Source of the DNA: Candidatus Cloacimonadales bacterium
Lineage (GTDB): Bacteria > Cloacimonadota > Cloacimonadia > Cloacimonadales > DAONDQ01
Direction of reading: 5' to 3'
DNA length: 64,000 nucleotides
Assembly (NCBI GenBank): GCA_963662275.1
Contig: OY759316.1
Location: forward strand, 3,840,001 to 3,904,000
The position numbers were made by a program, and so were the translations under genes. Shown one piece after another: positions 10,196-21,868 of this stretch. The notes below the pieces were generated by a model. It was not told where the DNA came from. It was given only the letters and a program-made list of their open reading frames with translations, and did not search any database. Within the stretch, counting starts at the first letter, position 1. Every line of letters begins with the position of its first letter.

Positions 10196-12576
10196 TACCT
10201 GTTTCCCTGTTTATTCTTGAGAAGTTTCTTATAGGTTTGAGAGTATAATCCAATTAAGTATTCGTATGTGTATTTGCTCATGACAAGTTCTTTCCCCGTA
10301 ACTGCCATTTGGGGGAGAAGCTCTTTGTTCTGATATGCCAGGATCATTTTCTGTGAACATTCATGAACATCTTCACTCTTGAAAATATAACCGTTCTTTC
10401 CTTCCACGACGAGGTTGGGATCGACTACATCACTTTGCAGGACGGGAGTATCGCTGATCCAGCTTTCCACAACAACGGCACCTGAATTCATGAAACGAAC
10501 AGGAATCACGTGGATGTCAGAATATCGCAACCAGCCTAAAACTTCATCACGTTCCACCATACCCGTAAAAAACACCTTATCTTGAAGAGAATTCTGCGCA
10601 ATAAAGGCTTGCATATCAGCATAAAAGTCTTTTTCATAATCCGTTCTTCCAACGAATACGAGTTTTGCATTCGGCATATCTTTTGCAGCTTCTCCGAATG
10701 CTTTTAAAGCGATATCCTGACCTTTAATATTGGAAACTCTTCCCAAGCTCAGGAAGATAAAGTCATTCTCGGTAAAGCCCAGCTTTGAGCGGGGATTTGC
10801 TACGGGAGTACTGTATTCATCGGGAAGAATGGGTACCGGTGAATACTCAATCTTGGGATTAAATTGCTTAATAAATTGAATCTCTTTTTCCGCAATGGCA
10901 AACGCGTAATCCATTCCTTTCAGAACGATTCTCTGATATAAACTGGGATGAACACTTTTGAGAATGTTCGGATCAATTCTTCCCTCTGTTTTCGCTAATC
11001 CAGCATAATCAATGAAATCAAAGAAGCAGAGGATATAGGGAATCTTTCTTATCTTTGCTGCAATGAAGGTGATCACATTATTATAATTCAAGGCTGGAAA
11101 ACACTGGATGATGTCATAATCACTCTGAAGCAGATAGAAAAACAATTCAGGGCATAGTGTTTTCGAGGACAGGTTCGGGTAGCGGGGAGGAATATTGAAA
11201 ACATCCTGCATCCTGATGATTCTGAAACCATCAGTAAGTTCCTCTTTGGGTTTATCGATCCTCTTGGGACAGATAACTGTCAGGTCATAATCTTTGGCAA
11301 GCAGCCTGGCTTGATAATAAATATTGGTTTCAGCTCCCCCTACTTCCGGGAAGAATCGATTTGTGATAATGGCAAGTTTCAGTCTTTTCCCCGTAATCTG
11401 TGTAGTCGCTGGCTTTACATCCTGGTTTAGTTTAGCTATCAGTTCTTTGGCAACGACCTCTGGAGCATATTGGCTCACAGCTTTGGTATACAGCTTTTTC
11501 CCCATCGTTATTGCTCTCTCGGGATTCTCGATCAGATCAATCATACTTGTGGCAAAAGCATCTGCAGTATCCTGTATCACCACTTCATCGGGTTCAAAAA
11601 GAAATCCTTCAACGCCGATCGTGGTTGTTATCACTGCTTTCTCTACGGCAGCAGCTTCCAATATTCGTGTCCTCGTTCCCGAGGCGATTCTCAATGGGAG
11701 AACGACGAACAGTGAATTTGCAATTTGAGATTCAATATCTTCAACAGGTCCAATGACCTTGATTCTCTCTCCGCCAAATTGGCTATGTATGGAGCCTGGA
11801 TTCTTACCAACGATATAAACACTGATGTCTTTTTCTTTCAACACGCTTTCGATTCGCGGATAGATCTCTTTTACAAGATAGAGATAAGCGTCCTGGTTCG
11901 CCATGGAATCCAGTGTTCCAAAGAAGAGAATGTAATTTTCCTCTTGTTTACGTGGTGTAATTGTCCGAGTCGCTTCCTTGGGCATCATATTGGGTATGAT
12001 ATAGGCGTTTTCGGGTAGCAGATGATAGTCTCTAATTGCCATATCACGTTCTAAATAATTCGTAAAATAGAAGGAAAAGTTACTAGTGAATGCTTTCTTT
12101 TCAAATGCTTTTAGTTTGATCATTTCCAGCAGATGATAGCGATTGTGAATATTCTTATTATCCTGCCATGAAAGCTCTGAAATACGTGAAAACAGCATAT
12201 CAACATCGATGGCTATCTTACAATTAGGGAGAGTTTTCTCGGCAATTTCAGCCAAATGATAGGTACTAAGAAAGCGAAAAACAATGATATCATATTGATG
12301 GAGCTTTAGTAATTCTTCGAACTTATGCTTCTGTGAATTGTGAAATTGATAGATTGCTGAAGACTGATAAGGAAGAGATTTTGTAATGACAAGATGGAAA
12401 TTATGGATGTATCCGCTATGCTCAGGAGCCTTTTTGAATGCGTATTCAGGAGCTAAGAGAAGCAATAGGTCTGCTTCATATTCTTTCCTTAAAGTACTCC
12501 AGATAAAATTGCTGCGGTTTTTATCCCCACCCTTAATATTGGCAAACGGCACATCGACATACAAGAGCTTTTTCAT
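10195..12576 (-). CDS. Two-domain GT4 glycosyltransferase fusion
   Basis: Two GT-B units (SGTRTRILEA; GGAE...KGQD...SGAVVVES). Start taken at MKKLL after an AGAGGTG RBS. Confidence 0.88.
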   Translation of the reverse strand: MKKLLYVDVPFANIKGGDKNRSNFIWSTLRKEYEADLLLLLAPEYAFKKAPEHSGYIHNFHLVITKSLPYQSSAIYQFHNSQKHKFEELLKLHQYDIIVFRFLSTYHLAEIAEKTLPNCKIAIDVDMLFSRISELSWQDNKNIHNRYHLLEMIKLKAFEKKAFTSNFSFYFTNYLERDMAIRDYHLLPENAYIIPNMMPKEATRTITPRKQEENYILFFGTLDSMANQDAYLYLVKEIYPRIESVLKEKDISVYIVGKNPGSIHSQFGGERIKVIGPVEDIESQIANSLFVVLPLRIASGTRTRILEAAAVEKAVITTTIGVEGFLFEPDEVVIQDTADAFATSMIDLIENPERAITMGKKLYTKAVSQYAPEVVAKELIAKLNQDVKPATTQITGKRLKLAIITNRFFPEVGGAETNIYYQARLLAKDYDLTVICPKRIDKPKEELTDGFRIIRMQDVFNIPPRYPNLSSKTLCPELFFYLLQSDYDIIQCFPALNYNNVITFIAAKIRKIPYILCFFDFIDYAGLAKTEGRIDPNILKSVHPSLYQRIVLKGMDYAFAIAEKEIQFIKQFNPKIEYSPVPILPDEYSTPVANPRSKLGFTENDFIFLSLGRVSNIKGQDIALKAFGEAAKDMPNAKLVFVGRTDYEKDFYADMQAFIAQNSLQDKVFFTGMVERDEVLGWLRYSDIHVIPVRFMNSGAVVVESWISDTPVLQSDVVDPNLVVEGKNGYIFKSEDVHECSQKMILAYQNKELLPQMAVTGKELVMSKYTYEYLIGLYSQTYKKLLKNKQGNR

Positions 12577-12608
12577 ATTCACCTCTTTACGAATCATACC
12601 AATTACAA

Positions 12609-12637
12609 AATGTACTAAAACAATGTACTGCTGTCAA
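12609..12637 (-). promoter_or_regulatory. Putative sigma70 promoter of the polysaccharide operon
   Basis: Minus strand TTGACA-17 nt-TACATT, 33 nt upstream of the ATG at 12576; overlapped by a direct repeat AATGTACT (12609-12616, 12622-12629). Confidence 0.55.
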
Positions 12638-12828
12638 GCTTAATTGCTTATCAAAGGTCAACATATATAACAGAAGATGAAACATAAACCGTTGTAAATG
12701 TACTTTGGAAAGAACAGGGTGCTCTAGCGCATGCAAATAGCTGCAATGTTTGTAAGCTTATATCTAGTATTCATCGAGCACAAAACATCACAAACTACGC
12801 GTAACAGTCTTTCGAATATCGGAGAATA

Positions 12829-13443
12829 TTAACTCAGAATTGCCTGGATCCTAGAGACAAGCATATCAATTCCTATCTTATTCTGCCCCCCTTCTGGAAT
12901 GATCACATCCGCAAAACGCTTTGTCGCTTCAACAAACTGAATATGCATGGGACGTACTGAATCATAATACTGCTTAATGATTGATTCCAGGGTTCTGCCG
13001 CGTTCACTGATATCACGTTCAATACGACGCAGGATACGGATATCAGCATCTGTATCGACGAATATTTTGATATCCATTAAATTCCGTAACTCTTCATTTT
13101 CGAAAATCAATATACCTTCCACAATGATGATCCGATTGGGTAGCCTGGTAATCGTTTCATCCATTCTGCAATGATCCTTGAAATCATAACAGGGCATTTC
13201 AATCGGAACTCTTGACTTCAATGCACGTACATGCTTGATCAGCAAATCCATATCAAGTGCATTGGGATGATCAAAATTGATTTTGTTTCGTTCTTCCATG
13301 GGGAGATCTCTAAATTGTCTGTAATAGGAATCCTGGGAAATGATAGTCAGTTCATCCTTGACCTGTGCATGAATAGCATCTGTGATACAGGTCTTACCTG
13401 AGCCTGTTCCTCCTGCGATTCCTATGATTACCGGATCTTGCAT
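12829..13443 (-). CDS. udk: Uridine kinase
   Basis: IGIAGGTGSGKT, NFDHPNA, IFVDTDADIR, ADVIIPEGG. Confidence 0.95.
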   Translation of the reverse strand: MQDPVIIGIAGGTGSGKTCITDAIHAQVKDELTIISQDSYYRQFRDLPMEERNKINFDHPNALDMDLLIKHVRALKSRVPIEMPCYDFKDHCRMDETITRLPNRIIIVEGILIFENEELRNLMDIKIFVDTDADIRILRRIERDISERGRTLESIIKQYYDSVRPMHIQFVEATKRFADVIIPEGGQNKIGIDMLVSRIQAILS

Positions 13444-13472
13444 AGTATCTCCTTTATAAATTTATATAGACT

Positions 13473-15443
13473 TTATGGATTTTGATAGAGATAATTCTGA
13501 TCTCGATATCCATCACTATTCAAATACCAATCAGTATAAGATCTGCCACTGGTTTGAGCCCAATTCTGAAACTTCTTATATGCCCTGGTCAGTTGTGCAC
13601 CTTCTGATGGATAATTCCAACTGCTAGGGATGTTTACTGCCCAAGGCAGATTATCAGCAGTTTTAAACCATCTGTTGTGAAGACTGTCATCATTATAAGT
13701 TCCGAACAGCGTTGTATCCATCCTGCCTGTGGCAGTATAGCCAGGCAGATGTATCTCATGAGATCGGTTTCCATTAACAAAGATAAAAGGATTATAGGGT
13801 GGCGTTGGTGTGACACTTGTAATGGAAACAGGTGTTGTGAGTAGGAAGCTTACGCTAAAAACAACAGGCTGGTGGTAAGACTGATTTGATTGGGTATTGA
13901 TGAAGCTGTTTGGCTGTTGCGGTATCAGGTCAAAAGCGCTGTTAAAGAATCTGAATACTGCCTTGGAGCCTATTTCATGTTCAAATAACGCCGGATGGCT
14001 GGTCTGGATATTCGTTATGTTTGAACTGGCAAAGGGAAGTTCCACGGCAAAACCATTAGGATTACGAGCACCGATAGCACGTAGTTTGAATTGCATATCT
14101 ACTTTTTTTACCAGATTGCCAGCTTTGGTAATCTGATTATAATTGTAATCTACAACTAGATCATTAAAATCATAATCTCCCATGGAAGGCCAAAGATCTT
14201 CAAAAGAGAGTGTACCCCATGAGTTCTGCCCAAACGTGTAATTATTAAAAGCGAGTTGCACATCGTCAGGATAATTATCTAATACATCGGTTATTCCATC
14301 ACCATCCCTATCTGCCGAAGGATCCATAGGTTGTACTTGGGTTAAATCAACCGCAGTGATAGGGTTAACAGTAACAAAAAATATCATGTCATTGAAATCG
14401 TCATCACTGCCGCTTGTCCTGTTCATATCTTCAAAGCTGACTAATAGCCGATCTGAGATGGTGTCATGAAAAAGAATACTGTGTTGCTTTTTAGTTGCCA
14501 CGTTCTCAGGGTTTAGCTGAGAGAGAGAGTAATAAATTGGCTGTGAAGTACTTACGCCAGAATTTGAAGTAAACCCATTGGCGACTACGAACCAGCCAAC
14601 GGTTGTTCCTGGTTGAAAAACACCCAAGTGTATTGTATTGCCTGCTTGTAAGCCACCACCACTACCGGATAATGAAGCATTTGGGAAAACAATTGTCTTT
14701 GCTCCTACCTGGGCTGTGGTTTGTGGCACCGAGCCTGATGGATAGGTGAAGAACCCCATCGAGTTCAAATACGAAGCTCCCTCATGTACAAAAGTTATCC
14801 AGACATCTGCTGCCTGGTCAATCTTGATATCGGTTTGATTGCTTGTCGCTAAATAGGAAGGATGGAAAGTGGGTACCGCTTTATACTCAGGGAGAGTAGC
14901 ATCTAATCTCTGTAAAAAGCTTGCTTCAATAGGTGCCGTAGTCATGGAAGACGGTACTCCATTGCTGCTGAAGGTGATGTTTGGTAAATATGACCAGGGT
15001 GAAACAACTCTCGGAGGAGCTTGAGTAGCACCTTGAATTTGTTTAGTTGCTCCGCCAAAAGTATAGGAGGCATGATCATTAACGATGGGTATTTCAACCG
15101 TGCTCATATAACCTACAGCCCAAATTTTATTCAGGCATGTGGGTATATTGATTAATGTTATAAATTTGCCATCAGAGGTAGTCGCCCCTTTAGCTATCTC
15201 TGTACTTGCTCCTCTCGGGTCAGCATTGTAAATTTCAAATGCAATATTTTCCACAGGTGCATTTTCATTGGTGAAAACTTCCAGACTAATCTCTACGGTA
15301 CGATCAACCTTCCAGTTAAAATCGTCAGCTACTACCAGATCTTTCACAGGAATAAATGTATCTTCGTTATTCTTGTGAGAACATCCTGAAAAAAAGAGGC
15401 TAATCAGAGCAATTATGATAAGAAAATTGAATGTTGTTTTCAT
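13473..15443 (-). CDS. LruC-domain (DUF4842/DUF4114-like) surface lipoprotein
   Basis: Lipobox FSGC; FEDMNR..SDDDFND; FEDLWPSMGDYDFNDLVV; EIHLPGY; PWAVNIP. Confidence 0.8.
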   Translation of the reverse strand: MKTTFNFLIIIALISLFFSGCSHKNNEDTFIPVKDLVVADDFNWKVDRTVEISLEVFTNENAPVENIAFEIYNADPRGASTEIAKGATTSDGKFITLINIPTCLNKIWAVGYMSTVEIPIVNDHASYTFGGATKQIQGATQAPPRVVSPWSYLPNITFSSNGVPSSMTTAPIEASFLQRLDATLPEYKAVPTFHPSYLATSNQTDIKIDQAADVWITFVHEGASYLNSMGFFTYPSGSVPQTTAQVGAKTIVFPNASLSGSGGGLQAGNTIHLGVFQPGTTVGWFVVANGFTSNSGVSTSQPIYYSLSQLNPENVATKKQHSILFHDTISDRLLVSFEDMNRTSGSDDDFNDMIFFVTVNPITAVDLTQVQPMDPSADRDGDGITDVLDNYPDDVQLAFNNYTFGQNSWGTLSFEDLWPSMGDYDFNDLVVDYNYNQITKAGNLVKKVDMQFKLRAIGARNPNGFAVELPFASSNITNIQTSHPALFEHEIGSKAVFRFFNSAFDLIPQQPNSFINTQSNQSYHQPVVFSVSFLLTTPVSITSVTPTPPYNPFIFVNGNRSHEIHLPGYTATGRMDTTLFGTYNDDSLHNRWFKTADNLPWAVNIPSSWNYPSEGAQLTRAYKKFQNWAQTSGRSYTDWYLNSDGYRDQNYLYQNP

Positions 15444-15605
15444 TTCACAGACCTCCATTTTTAATTAAACTATCTACATATTAATGTAACAGTACCCAAA
15501 AGCAAAGGAGATTTAAAGTCAGCAATTCGAGCATTCCTGCTGATCATCTCCCTTATCATATAACAGCGAAGATTCTTTTTACAGCAATCCATTCACACGG
15601 ATTTC

Positions 15606-17819
15606 TTACAACGGTTTTGAAAGCTGCTTTGATAATACTTGATATAGAGAATCCCTTTCGATCGGTTTCATGATAAGCGCATTAAAAATGTTGCTTATAT
15701 CAAGATCACTTTCATCAGCTATTGCATAGGAACTAAGCCCTATCATAGACATAGATGGATTCGTACTCCTGATGAGCTTAGCAATCTGATATCCATTACA
15801 GGCAGGCATTTCCAGATCTATCAGGATCGCACTGATTTGCGAATTAACATTTACATTTCCAACTGTTTCCTGCTCGATATTGCCTTCAATGATCCTGGCT
15901 CCTGTCATTTCCAGCATACTACGGATGATCGTCATTGTGATTTTATCGTCTTCCACAATCATAATTGAATATTTCGTAAAATCAGGGATCTCTTCTTTTA
16001 TCTGATCCTGTCCTTCTGCATCAATTTGAACATCATAGCTTTCACAGGGAAGCTCCAGATAAAAACTGCTTCCTTTGCCTTCTGCGGAATCAAGGATCAG
16101 TTTACCGTTCATGATTTCAGTCGCCTTTTTCGAGATTGCCAAACCGATGCCGATACCTTTATAAATACGTGTATTGCTGATATCTCCCTGGCGGAAGAAA
16201 TCATAGATGATTTCCTGCTTTTCAGCAGCGATACCGATACCTGTGTCTTTGACGTAATATTGTATCAGGTTTTCGGATAATAACTGAAAACCAAACTCTA
16301 TCTTGCCTGTATGCGTAAATTTAATGGCATTGCTGAAGAGATTGCTTAACACTTGATTCACTTTGCCGACATCAATAGTGATGATTAGATTTTCAGATAT
16401 GGAAGCGGGGGAAAATACAAGCTCCACGACATCCTGCTTCCCTGATAATGCTAAAAGGTTTTCCAAATAATCTCTGTTTCTCTTAAAATGTTCAGCACAA
16501 TTGACTGTTTGTACACGTGGCTGCAGGATACCCTGGTCAGCAATTGCCAAATCAAAGATATCCTGGATCATTGTTAACAGCACATCACCGCTATTATAAA
16601 TAAGTGTGGCATAATTCAAGATTTCATTCTGACTTTTAGCTTTTGTGATCAACTGGCTGAAACCCATGATATGATTTAAAGGTGTACGCAGTTCATGATT
16701 CATAGATGCGAGAAAAGCTGATTTAAGCTGATCACTTTCTTCGGCTTTTTCCTTTTCAATAATGAGCTCTTCTTTCACTTTATAGAGTGACACCAGCATC
16801 AGGTTAATGCTCTTGGAAAGATCAGTTAGTTCATCGTTACCACTATATTCCACACTTCCCTGCTGATCAGGATGCAAAGCGATTTCTTTGATTTGTTCCT
16901 GAGCCAGGATGACTCGTTCGATTATCTTTTTATTGATATTGCGATACAAAATATAGCTCTGGATCATAAAAATCAGGATGAATATCAGGAGAATTAAGTT
17001 TCTTGTCGTTTTTTCAATTTTTGTTGCTTCCATGGTACTGCTAACTTCTACCCAAAAGACATCTACACCATTGATATCCTTGATAGTATCCATCGCAGAG
17101 ATCATAGATTCCCCTGAAAAACGTATTTTATCACCGGATTTAATATGTAACAATAATAATTTAATCTTGGGATTCACGATCATCATTCTACTTAAATCAA
17201 TAGCAGAAACTTGTATGTTTCGAAAACCGGGTAGTTTTGTAATATAATCTTCCTTCAAAAAGCGTGCCATAAGTAAATAACCATTAATAGGTCCACTGAG
17301 ATCACTTTTCAAGACAGGAATAATGACAAACATCACGCTACCACCGGGAGTCTTTAACAAGCCCTTGTACGTATCCTGCTCAGCCAGCTTCTTCAGCTCT
17401 GGATGAAACCCTCGCAGGAATGGTTCAAGCATTGGTGGGATCGCTGTAACACTCTGATTTTCCAGGTCACAGTAACCTGCATATAGAATTTTCCCATCAT
17501 TATTGAAAATAGCAGATATATTCATATCGTAATTGAAGTATGTATTGGAAGTAAAATTGGTCTCGATGAATCTTTGATTAGGTTTGCTCACATACTCCCA
17601 GGTATCATCCCAATGTGCCCAATCTCGCGTAGTCTTTTCCATTTCTAAATATGTCTGATCGATTGTCTCTTGCAATCTTCCCAATTTTGAAAGTATGGCA
17701 TTCTTTTCCATATTCATAAAGGAATGATTAATTACCTGGTTAGTCGTGAGCAGGATAACACCCAGGAAGATCAGAGCTACAATGTTAATGCTTATAAGAG
17801 TACTATACTTGATGCTCAT
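15606..17819 (-). CDS. Hybrid sensor histidine kinase (CHASE4-HAMP-HisKA-HATPase-receiver)
   Basis: DWAHWDDTW (CHASE4), HELRTPLN, NAIKFT, DTGIG, receiver VEDD...DLEMP...KP. Confidence 0.92.
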   Translation of the reverse strand: MSIKYSTLISINIVALIFLGVILLTTNQVINHSFMNMEKNAILSKLGRLQETIDQTYLEMEKTTRDWAHWDDTWEYVSKPNQRFIETNFTSNTYFNYDMNISAIFNNDGKILYAGYCDLENQSVTAIPPMLEPFLRGFHPELKKLAEQDTYKGLLKTPGGSVMFVIIPVLKSDLSGPINGYLLMARFLKEDYITKLPGFRNIQVSAIDLSRMMIVNPKIKLLLLHIKSGDKIRFSGESMISAMDTIKDINGVDVFWVEVSSTMEATKIEKTTRNLILLIFILIFMIQSYILYRNINKKIIERVILAQEQIKEIALHPDQQGSVEYSGNDELTDLSKSINLMLVSLYKVKEELIIEKEKAEESDQLKSAFLASMNHELRTPLNHIMGFSQLITKAKSQNEILNYATLIYNSGDVLLTMIQDIFDLAIADQGILQPRVQTVNCAEHFKRNRDYLENLLALSGKQDVVELVFSPASISENLIITIDVGKVNQVLSNLFSNAIKFTHTGKIEFGFQLLSENLIQYYVKDTGIGIAAEKQEIIYDFFRQGDISNTRIYKGIGIGLAISKKATEIMNGKLILDSAEGKGSSFYLELPCESYDVQIDAEGQDQIKEEIPDFTKYSIMIVEDDKITMTIIRSMLEMTGARIIEGNIEQETVGNVNVNSQISAILIDLEMPACNGYQIAKLIRSTNPSMSMIGLSSYAIADESDLDISNIFNALIMKPIERDSLYQVLSKQLSKPL

Positions 17820-17830
17820 GCCATATGCTC

Positions 17831-18787
17831 CTAATACTTTAGCATCTTTAGTGATTTACGCGCTATGCTTGAAAGCTGATAGCGCACATCCCTATATGAT
17901 CCCCGAATACTAGCGCTTAGAAATTCTCTATTTTTATTCTCTAATTTAAGCGAAGAAGTCAATTTTGGTAACTTGATCTTTTGTTGAATTGCCCAGTGAA
18001 TCAGGTGTTGAATCTCATGATACGACGAAAATGCCTGTTTAGTCCAATGTTCCCAGGGTTTGGGACTCAATCCAAAATGAATGCAATATGCATTTGGATC
18101 TTTATCCATTAGATATCCATAAATCTGCGGAGCCTGTGAAGAAAAGGCAAATAATGAATTCAAGACAGATTCATCTGTCATCGAATACGCCACACTATCA
18201 CTGGCATACACTCCTTTCGTTCCAAGTGGAATCACTTTTTCCATCTGTGACTGCCATAAAGAGATAAAGGGTAGATGAGCTTTTGTAAGAACAAAGCAAT
18301 TTGTCTGGCATACGCTGCTAATTTGCGATTGTTTCAAATCATTTACATCGTCTTTCCATTGAGATAATACTTTCTTCGGAATATCACCGCTTCTATCCTC
18401 TCTTCCATAATAATTACGATAGACAGATGCGTTTTCAATACATCCTCGAAAACGAATTTGAAGCTTTCCATCCGGACAAACAAAGAATGGTTCCAGATTT
18501 CCATGTGCCAGGCAATCAGCATCCATCCATACGATAATATCAGTCTTGGCAGTCAATATTGCCATGGGTTTTTGTGTGCATACACTTCGTTCATCCAGCC
18601 TGGTTGTCGGAAATACTACTGTGTCAGGTATGCTCTGTAATATCTCCACATCATTTTCGCAAAGATCATATCCCAAAACATGATACATGCTTTTGATACC
18701 ATAAAATCTTAAAGACAAACCTAGAAGCACTGCACCCCACACAAATTTGTCATCGCATGCAGTAACAATAGTTGAGTTGCTGCTCAT
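17831..18787 (-). CDS. Hypothetical protein, possible GT-A fold glycosyltransferase
   Basis: IVTACD..F N-terminus, KP..I, IVWMDAD (DxD), KPW motifs reminiscent of GT8-like proteins. Confidence 0.5.
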   Translation of the reverse strand: MSSNSTIVTACDDKFVWGAVLLGLSLRFYGIKSMYHVLGYDLCENDVEILQSIPDTVVFPTTRLDERSVCTQKPMAILTAKTDIIVWMDADCLAHGNLEPFFVCPDGKLQIRFRGCIENASVYRNYYGREDRSGDIPKKVLSQWKDDVNDLKQSQISSVCQTNCFVLTKAHLPFISLWQSQMEKVIPLGTKGVYASDSVAYSMTDESVLNSLFAFSSQAPQIYGYLMDKDPNAYCIHFGLSPKPWEHWTKQAFSSYHEIQHLIHWAIQQKIKLPKLTSSLKLENKNREFLSASIRGSYRDVRYQLSSIARKSLKMLKY

Positions 18788-18998
18788 TACTTATTACGTC
18801 CAATTTCAGTATCGAAGCCATTTAATACCCAATAATGACTAGAATTTATGCCAGTCGTTACATAGAACTAATGAGAATAGAAGTAGTACCAGTTTTTTTA
18901 TGCTAAATTTCAAAATAGAACAATCTGATAATTCTTGTCAACTTGTTTCAATTGGTATTCAGTACTTACATGCTCTTTCGTAAAGCAGAATGCTGATC

Positions 18999-19643
18999 CT
19001 ACTCCCAATCTCCAGGTTCATCCAACTTTCCAATCCTCTGCAAAGCAGTTTTGCTTGCTTCATAGGAAAAGCCTTTTCTCACAAGATATTCCATACATTT
19101 TTGGAAACGTTCGCGTGGTGGATGTTTTCTGAATCTATCTAATGCTTTACGGGCAGTGTCTTTTAAAATTTGCTTTTCCATCTCAATGGAGAAATGCTCC
19201 TGCAGAACTTCTGTAATAACATCTGAATCAATTCCTGCAGCTTTCAGCTTCATCCGTATTTCTATGCGGCTTTTACCTTTTTCAGCTTGGGAATGAACCA
19301 GCATTTCAGCATAGCGATGATTATCAACATAGCCTTTGTTTTCTGCATTCATAATGAGTTCATCAGCGATTATAGGGTTTAACAGGAGTTTCCTTAAGAA
19401 AACTTTACATTCCCGAGTCGTACGTTCACGGGCTGCAAGATGATCAAGCAGTTTATTCCAGGCATATTTACGTATTTCAGCCAGTATTTCAGTAAATAAT
19501 TCTTCATTTACTAACGGTTCAGTTTCATTTCCCAAAAAAGAAAAGAGGATCCTTTTAGTAAGGATCCCCCATACTTTATCTTCTTCAGAAATAATGAGCT
19601 GTTGTGAATAACCTGGTCTAGATACTATCTTCAGATGTTTCAT
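18999..19643 (-). CDS. recX: Regulatory protein RecX
   Basis: [24 protein letters not shown]; directly downstream of recA. Confidence 0.88.
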   Translation of the reverse strand: MKHLKIVSRPGYSQQLIISEEDKVWGILTKRILFSFLGNETEPLVNEELFTEILAEIRKYAWNKLLDHLAARERTTRECKVFLRKLLLNPIIADELIMNAENKGYVDNHRYAEMLVHSQAEKGKSRIEIRMKLKAAGIDSDVITEVLQEHFSIEMEKQILKDTARKALDRFRKHPPRERFQKCMEYLVRKGFSYEASKTALQRIGKLDEPGDWE

Positions 19644-20679
19644 CTTTCATAGGTGCTTCAAAGGCAGCAGGTGTAATAACTTGCTTAATCTGCTCTACAA
19701 TCGTCTTCATAATCTCAGGATTGTCTTTCATATAGACTTTAACTTTGTCAGATCCTTGTCCGAGTCGGACATCACCATAAGAGAACCAGGAGCCGGATTT
19801 CTTGACGATATCGTTATTGACGGCAAGATCAAGTACGATATCCAGATGAGAAATGCCTTCTCCAAAGATGATGGGGAATTCCACAACTTTAAAAGGTGGA
19901 GCAAACTTATTCTTCACGATTTTAACTTTTGTACGAGCGCCAATCACAACATTATCTGCCCCAACTTCCTTAATAGCACCACCATTACGTACTTCCAGGC
20001 GTACAGAAGAATAAAATTTCAACGCCACACCACCAGTCGTTGTTTCAGGATTTACATAAGATGGAACGCCAATCTTCATTCGGGTCTGGTTAATGAAGAT
20101 GACAGCTACATTGGATTTGGAAACAATAGCAGTTAGCTTACGCAGTGCTTGAGACATCAAACGGGCTTGCAGTCCAACATGACTGTCACCCATATCACCT
20201 TCGATTTCCTGCTTGGGAACGAGGGCAGCTACGGAGTCAACAATAATGAGATCAATAGCGTTACTGCGTACGAGAGCTTCCACGATTTCCAAGGCTTGTT
20301 CACCACCATCTGGCTGGGAAAGAAGGAGGTTATCGATATCCACCCCAAGTCTCTTGGCGTATGATGGATCAAGGGCATGTTCAGCATCTACAAATGCGAC
20401 AATGCCACCCAATATCTGTGCCTGTGCAGCAATATGAAGCGATAATGTTGTTTTACCAGAGGCTTCCGCACCGTATATTTCTGTGATTCTTCCTTTAGGA
20501 ATACCACCAATACCTAGAGCGATATCTAAATTCATAGCACCTGTGGGAATGACATCAACTGCGACGATGGGTTTGTCACCCATCCGCATAAGTGTGCCAA
20601 TGCCGTATTTCTTTTCCAATTGGCTGATTGCTGTTTTTAAGGCTGCTTCTTTTGCTTTATCCATGCTTTGGTCCTCCAT
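19618..20679 (-). CDS. recA: Recombinase RecA
   Basis: [38 protein letters not shown]. Confidence 0.99.
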   Translation of the reverse strand: MEDQSMDKAKEAALKTAISQLEKKYGIGTLMRMGDKPIVAVDVIPTGAMNLDIALGIGGIPKGRITEIYGAEASGKTTLSLHIAAQAQILGGIVAFVDAEHALDPSYAKRLGVDIDNLLLSQPDGGEQALEIVEALVRSNAIDLIIVDSVAALVPKQEIEGDMGDSHVGLQARLMSQALRKLTAIVSKSNVAVIFINQTRMKIGVPSYVNPETTTGGVALKFYSSVRLEVRNGGAIKEVGADNVVIGARTKVKIVKNKFAPPFKVVEFPIIFGEGISHLDIVLDLAVNNDIVKKSGSWFSYGDVRLGQGSDKVKVYMKDNPEIMKTIVEQIKQVITPAAFEAPMKDETSEDSI

Positions 20680-20739
20680 TAATTATTCATTTCATATATC
20701 GTGTTTTAATATTCAGTAAGAGCAGAGTCTTATTCAACG

Positions 20740-21294
20740 TTATAGATTCAAATCATATTCATCGATTGCTCTATATATTGGACCCGTAGGTGTTAATCGA
20801 CTTTCAAACAAGACAAGATTAGAAAGAGTACATTCCGTCAAGGGAAGAAATGTACTGTTAATTTCCCGTTCTGAAGCTACCGGCAATACAGTCTTAATGC
20901 GCCCTAAAGTTACATGATACTGAAGTGGTTTAATATCCGGTTCATATCCCATTTCCCTAAAAATCCGCCGAAACTCCTGCAGGAATTTAGGTATCAGTTG
21001 TTCTTCTGAATGGAATTTAAGCCACAAAATACGGGGATGATTTGCCGGATAGATTTCACAACCCTGATAAGTAATTTTTACCGGATACAGCAATCCAACC
21101 TTGGAAGCAATAAATTCCCTAAGCTCTGGAAGATCTGATGTTTTCACCTCACCCATGAATTGCACTGTGAAATGCAACTGATGAGAAGCTACCCAATTAA
21201 TTCCCTGCGGATATCTTCTTTTGTAAAGAGCAAGCAGCTCTGAGATTGGACGCAATACATCTGCAGGTAAGGTAAATGCAATAAATAATCTCAT
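20740..21294 (-). CDS. thpR: RNA 2',3'-cyclic phosphodiesterase (2H family)
   Basis: MRLFIA start; two HxT motifs (HFTV, HVTLGR); ESRLTPTGPIY. Confidence 0.9.
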   Translation of the reverse strand: MRLFIAFTLPADVLRPISELLALYKRRYPQGINWVASHQLHFTVQFMGEVKTSDLPELREFIASKVGLLYPVKITYQGCEIYPANHPRILWLKFHSEEQLIPKFLQEFRRIFREMGYEPDIKPLQYHVTLGRIKTVLPVASEREINSTFLPLTECTLSNLVLFESRLTPTGPIYRAIDEYDLNL

Positions 21295-21327
21295 ATGCTG
21301 CCTACTAAATCAAGAACGAAGTTTTGC

Positions 21328-21813
21328 TCAACGCTTATACCCAATATCCAATAAGAACTTCTTACGTGCTGAGACATCTGTGTCTAGTTCGGTACCTTTA
21401 GGTGAAAAGCCATCCACAATGCCTATGACACCTCTACCCAAATCCGTTTTAGCTAAGATCACATCTACTGGATTTGCTGTTGCACAAAAGATATTCACAA
21501 CCTCCCGACAGTCTTTGATTGCAGGTAGGACATTGATTGGGTAAGCATTTCGCATGACGATCAGAAATGTGTGACCTGCCCCGATTCGACGCATATTCTC
21601 AACTGCTAGCTCAATAAGATCGAAGTCATTTCCTTCTTTACGCAGTAAACAAGGACCTGATGCTTCAGCAAAGACCAATCCGAATTTTACTTGGGGAACT
21701 GAATTGATCATAGCTTCATACAAATCTTCAACTGTTTTGATAAAATGCGCTTGTCCGAAGATGATATTGCAATCTTCAGGGACTTTGATTCTTTCAACGA
21801 TGTTTTCCATCAT
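21328..21813 (-). CDS. Adenosine-specific kinase family protein
   Basis: GQAHFIKTVEDL, EASGPCL, GHTF, CATANP, GIVDG. Confidence 0.88.
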   Translation of the reverse strand: MMENIVERIKVPEDCNIIFGQAHFIKTVEDLYEAMINSVPQVKFGLVFAEASGPCLLRKEGNDFDLIELAVENMRRIGAGHTFLIVMRNAYPINVLPAIKDCREVVNIFCATANPVDVILAKTDLGRGVIGIVDGFSPKGTELDTDVSARKKFLLDIGYKR

Positions 21814-21868
21814 CTACTCCTTTCAAAAAAGTGAGAAAACAGATCTAAATTATTTTCATATTCCTTCT

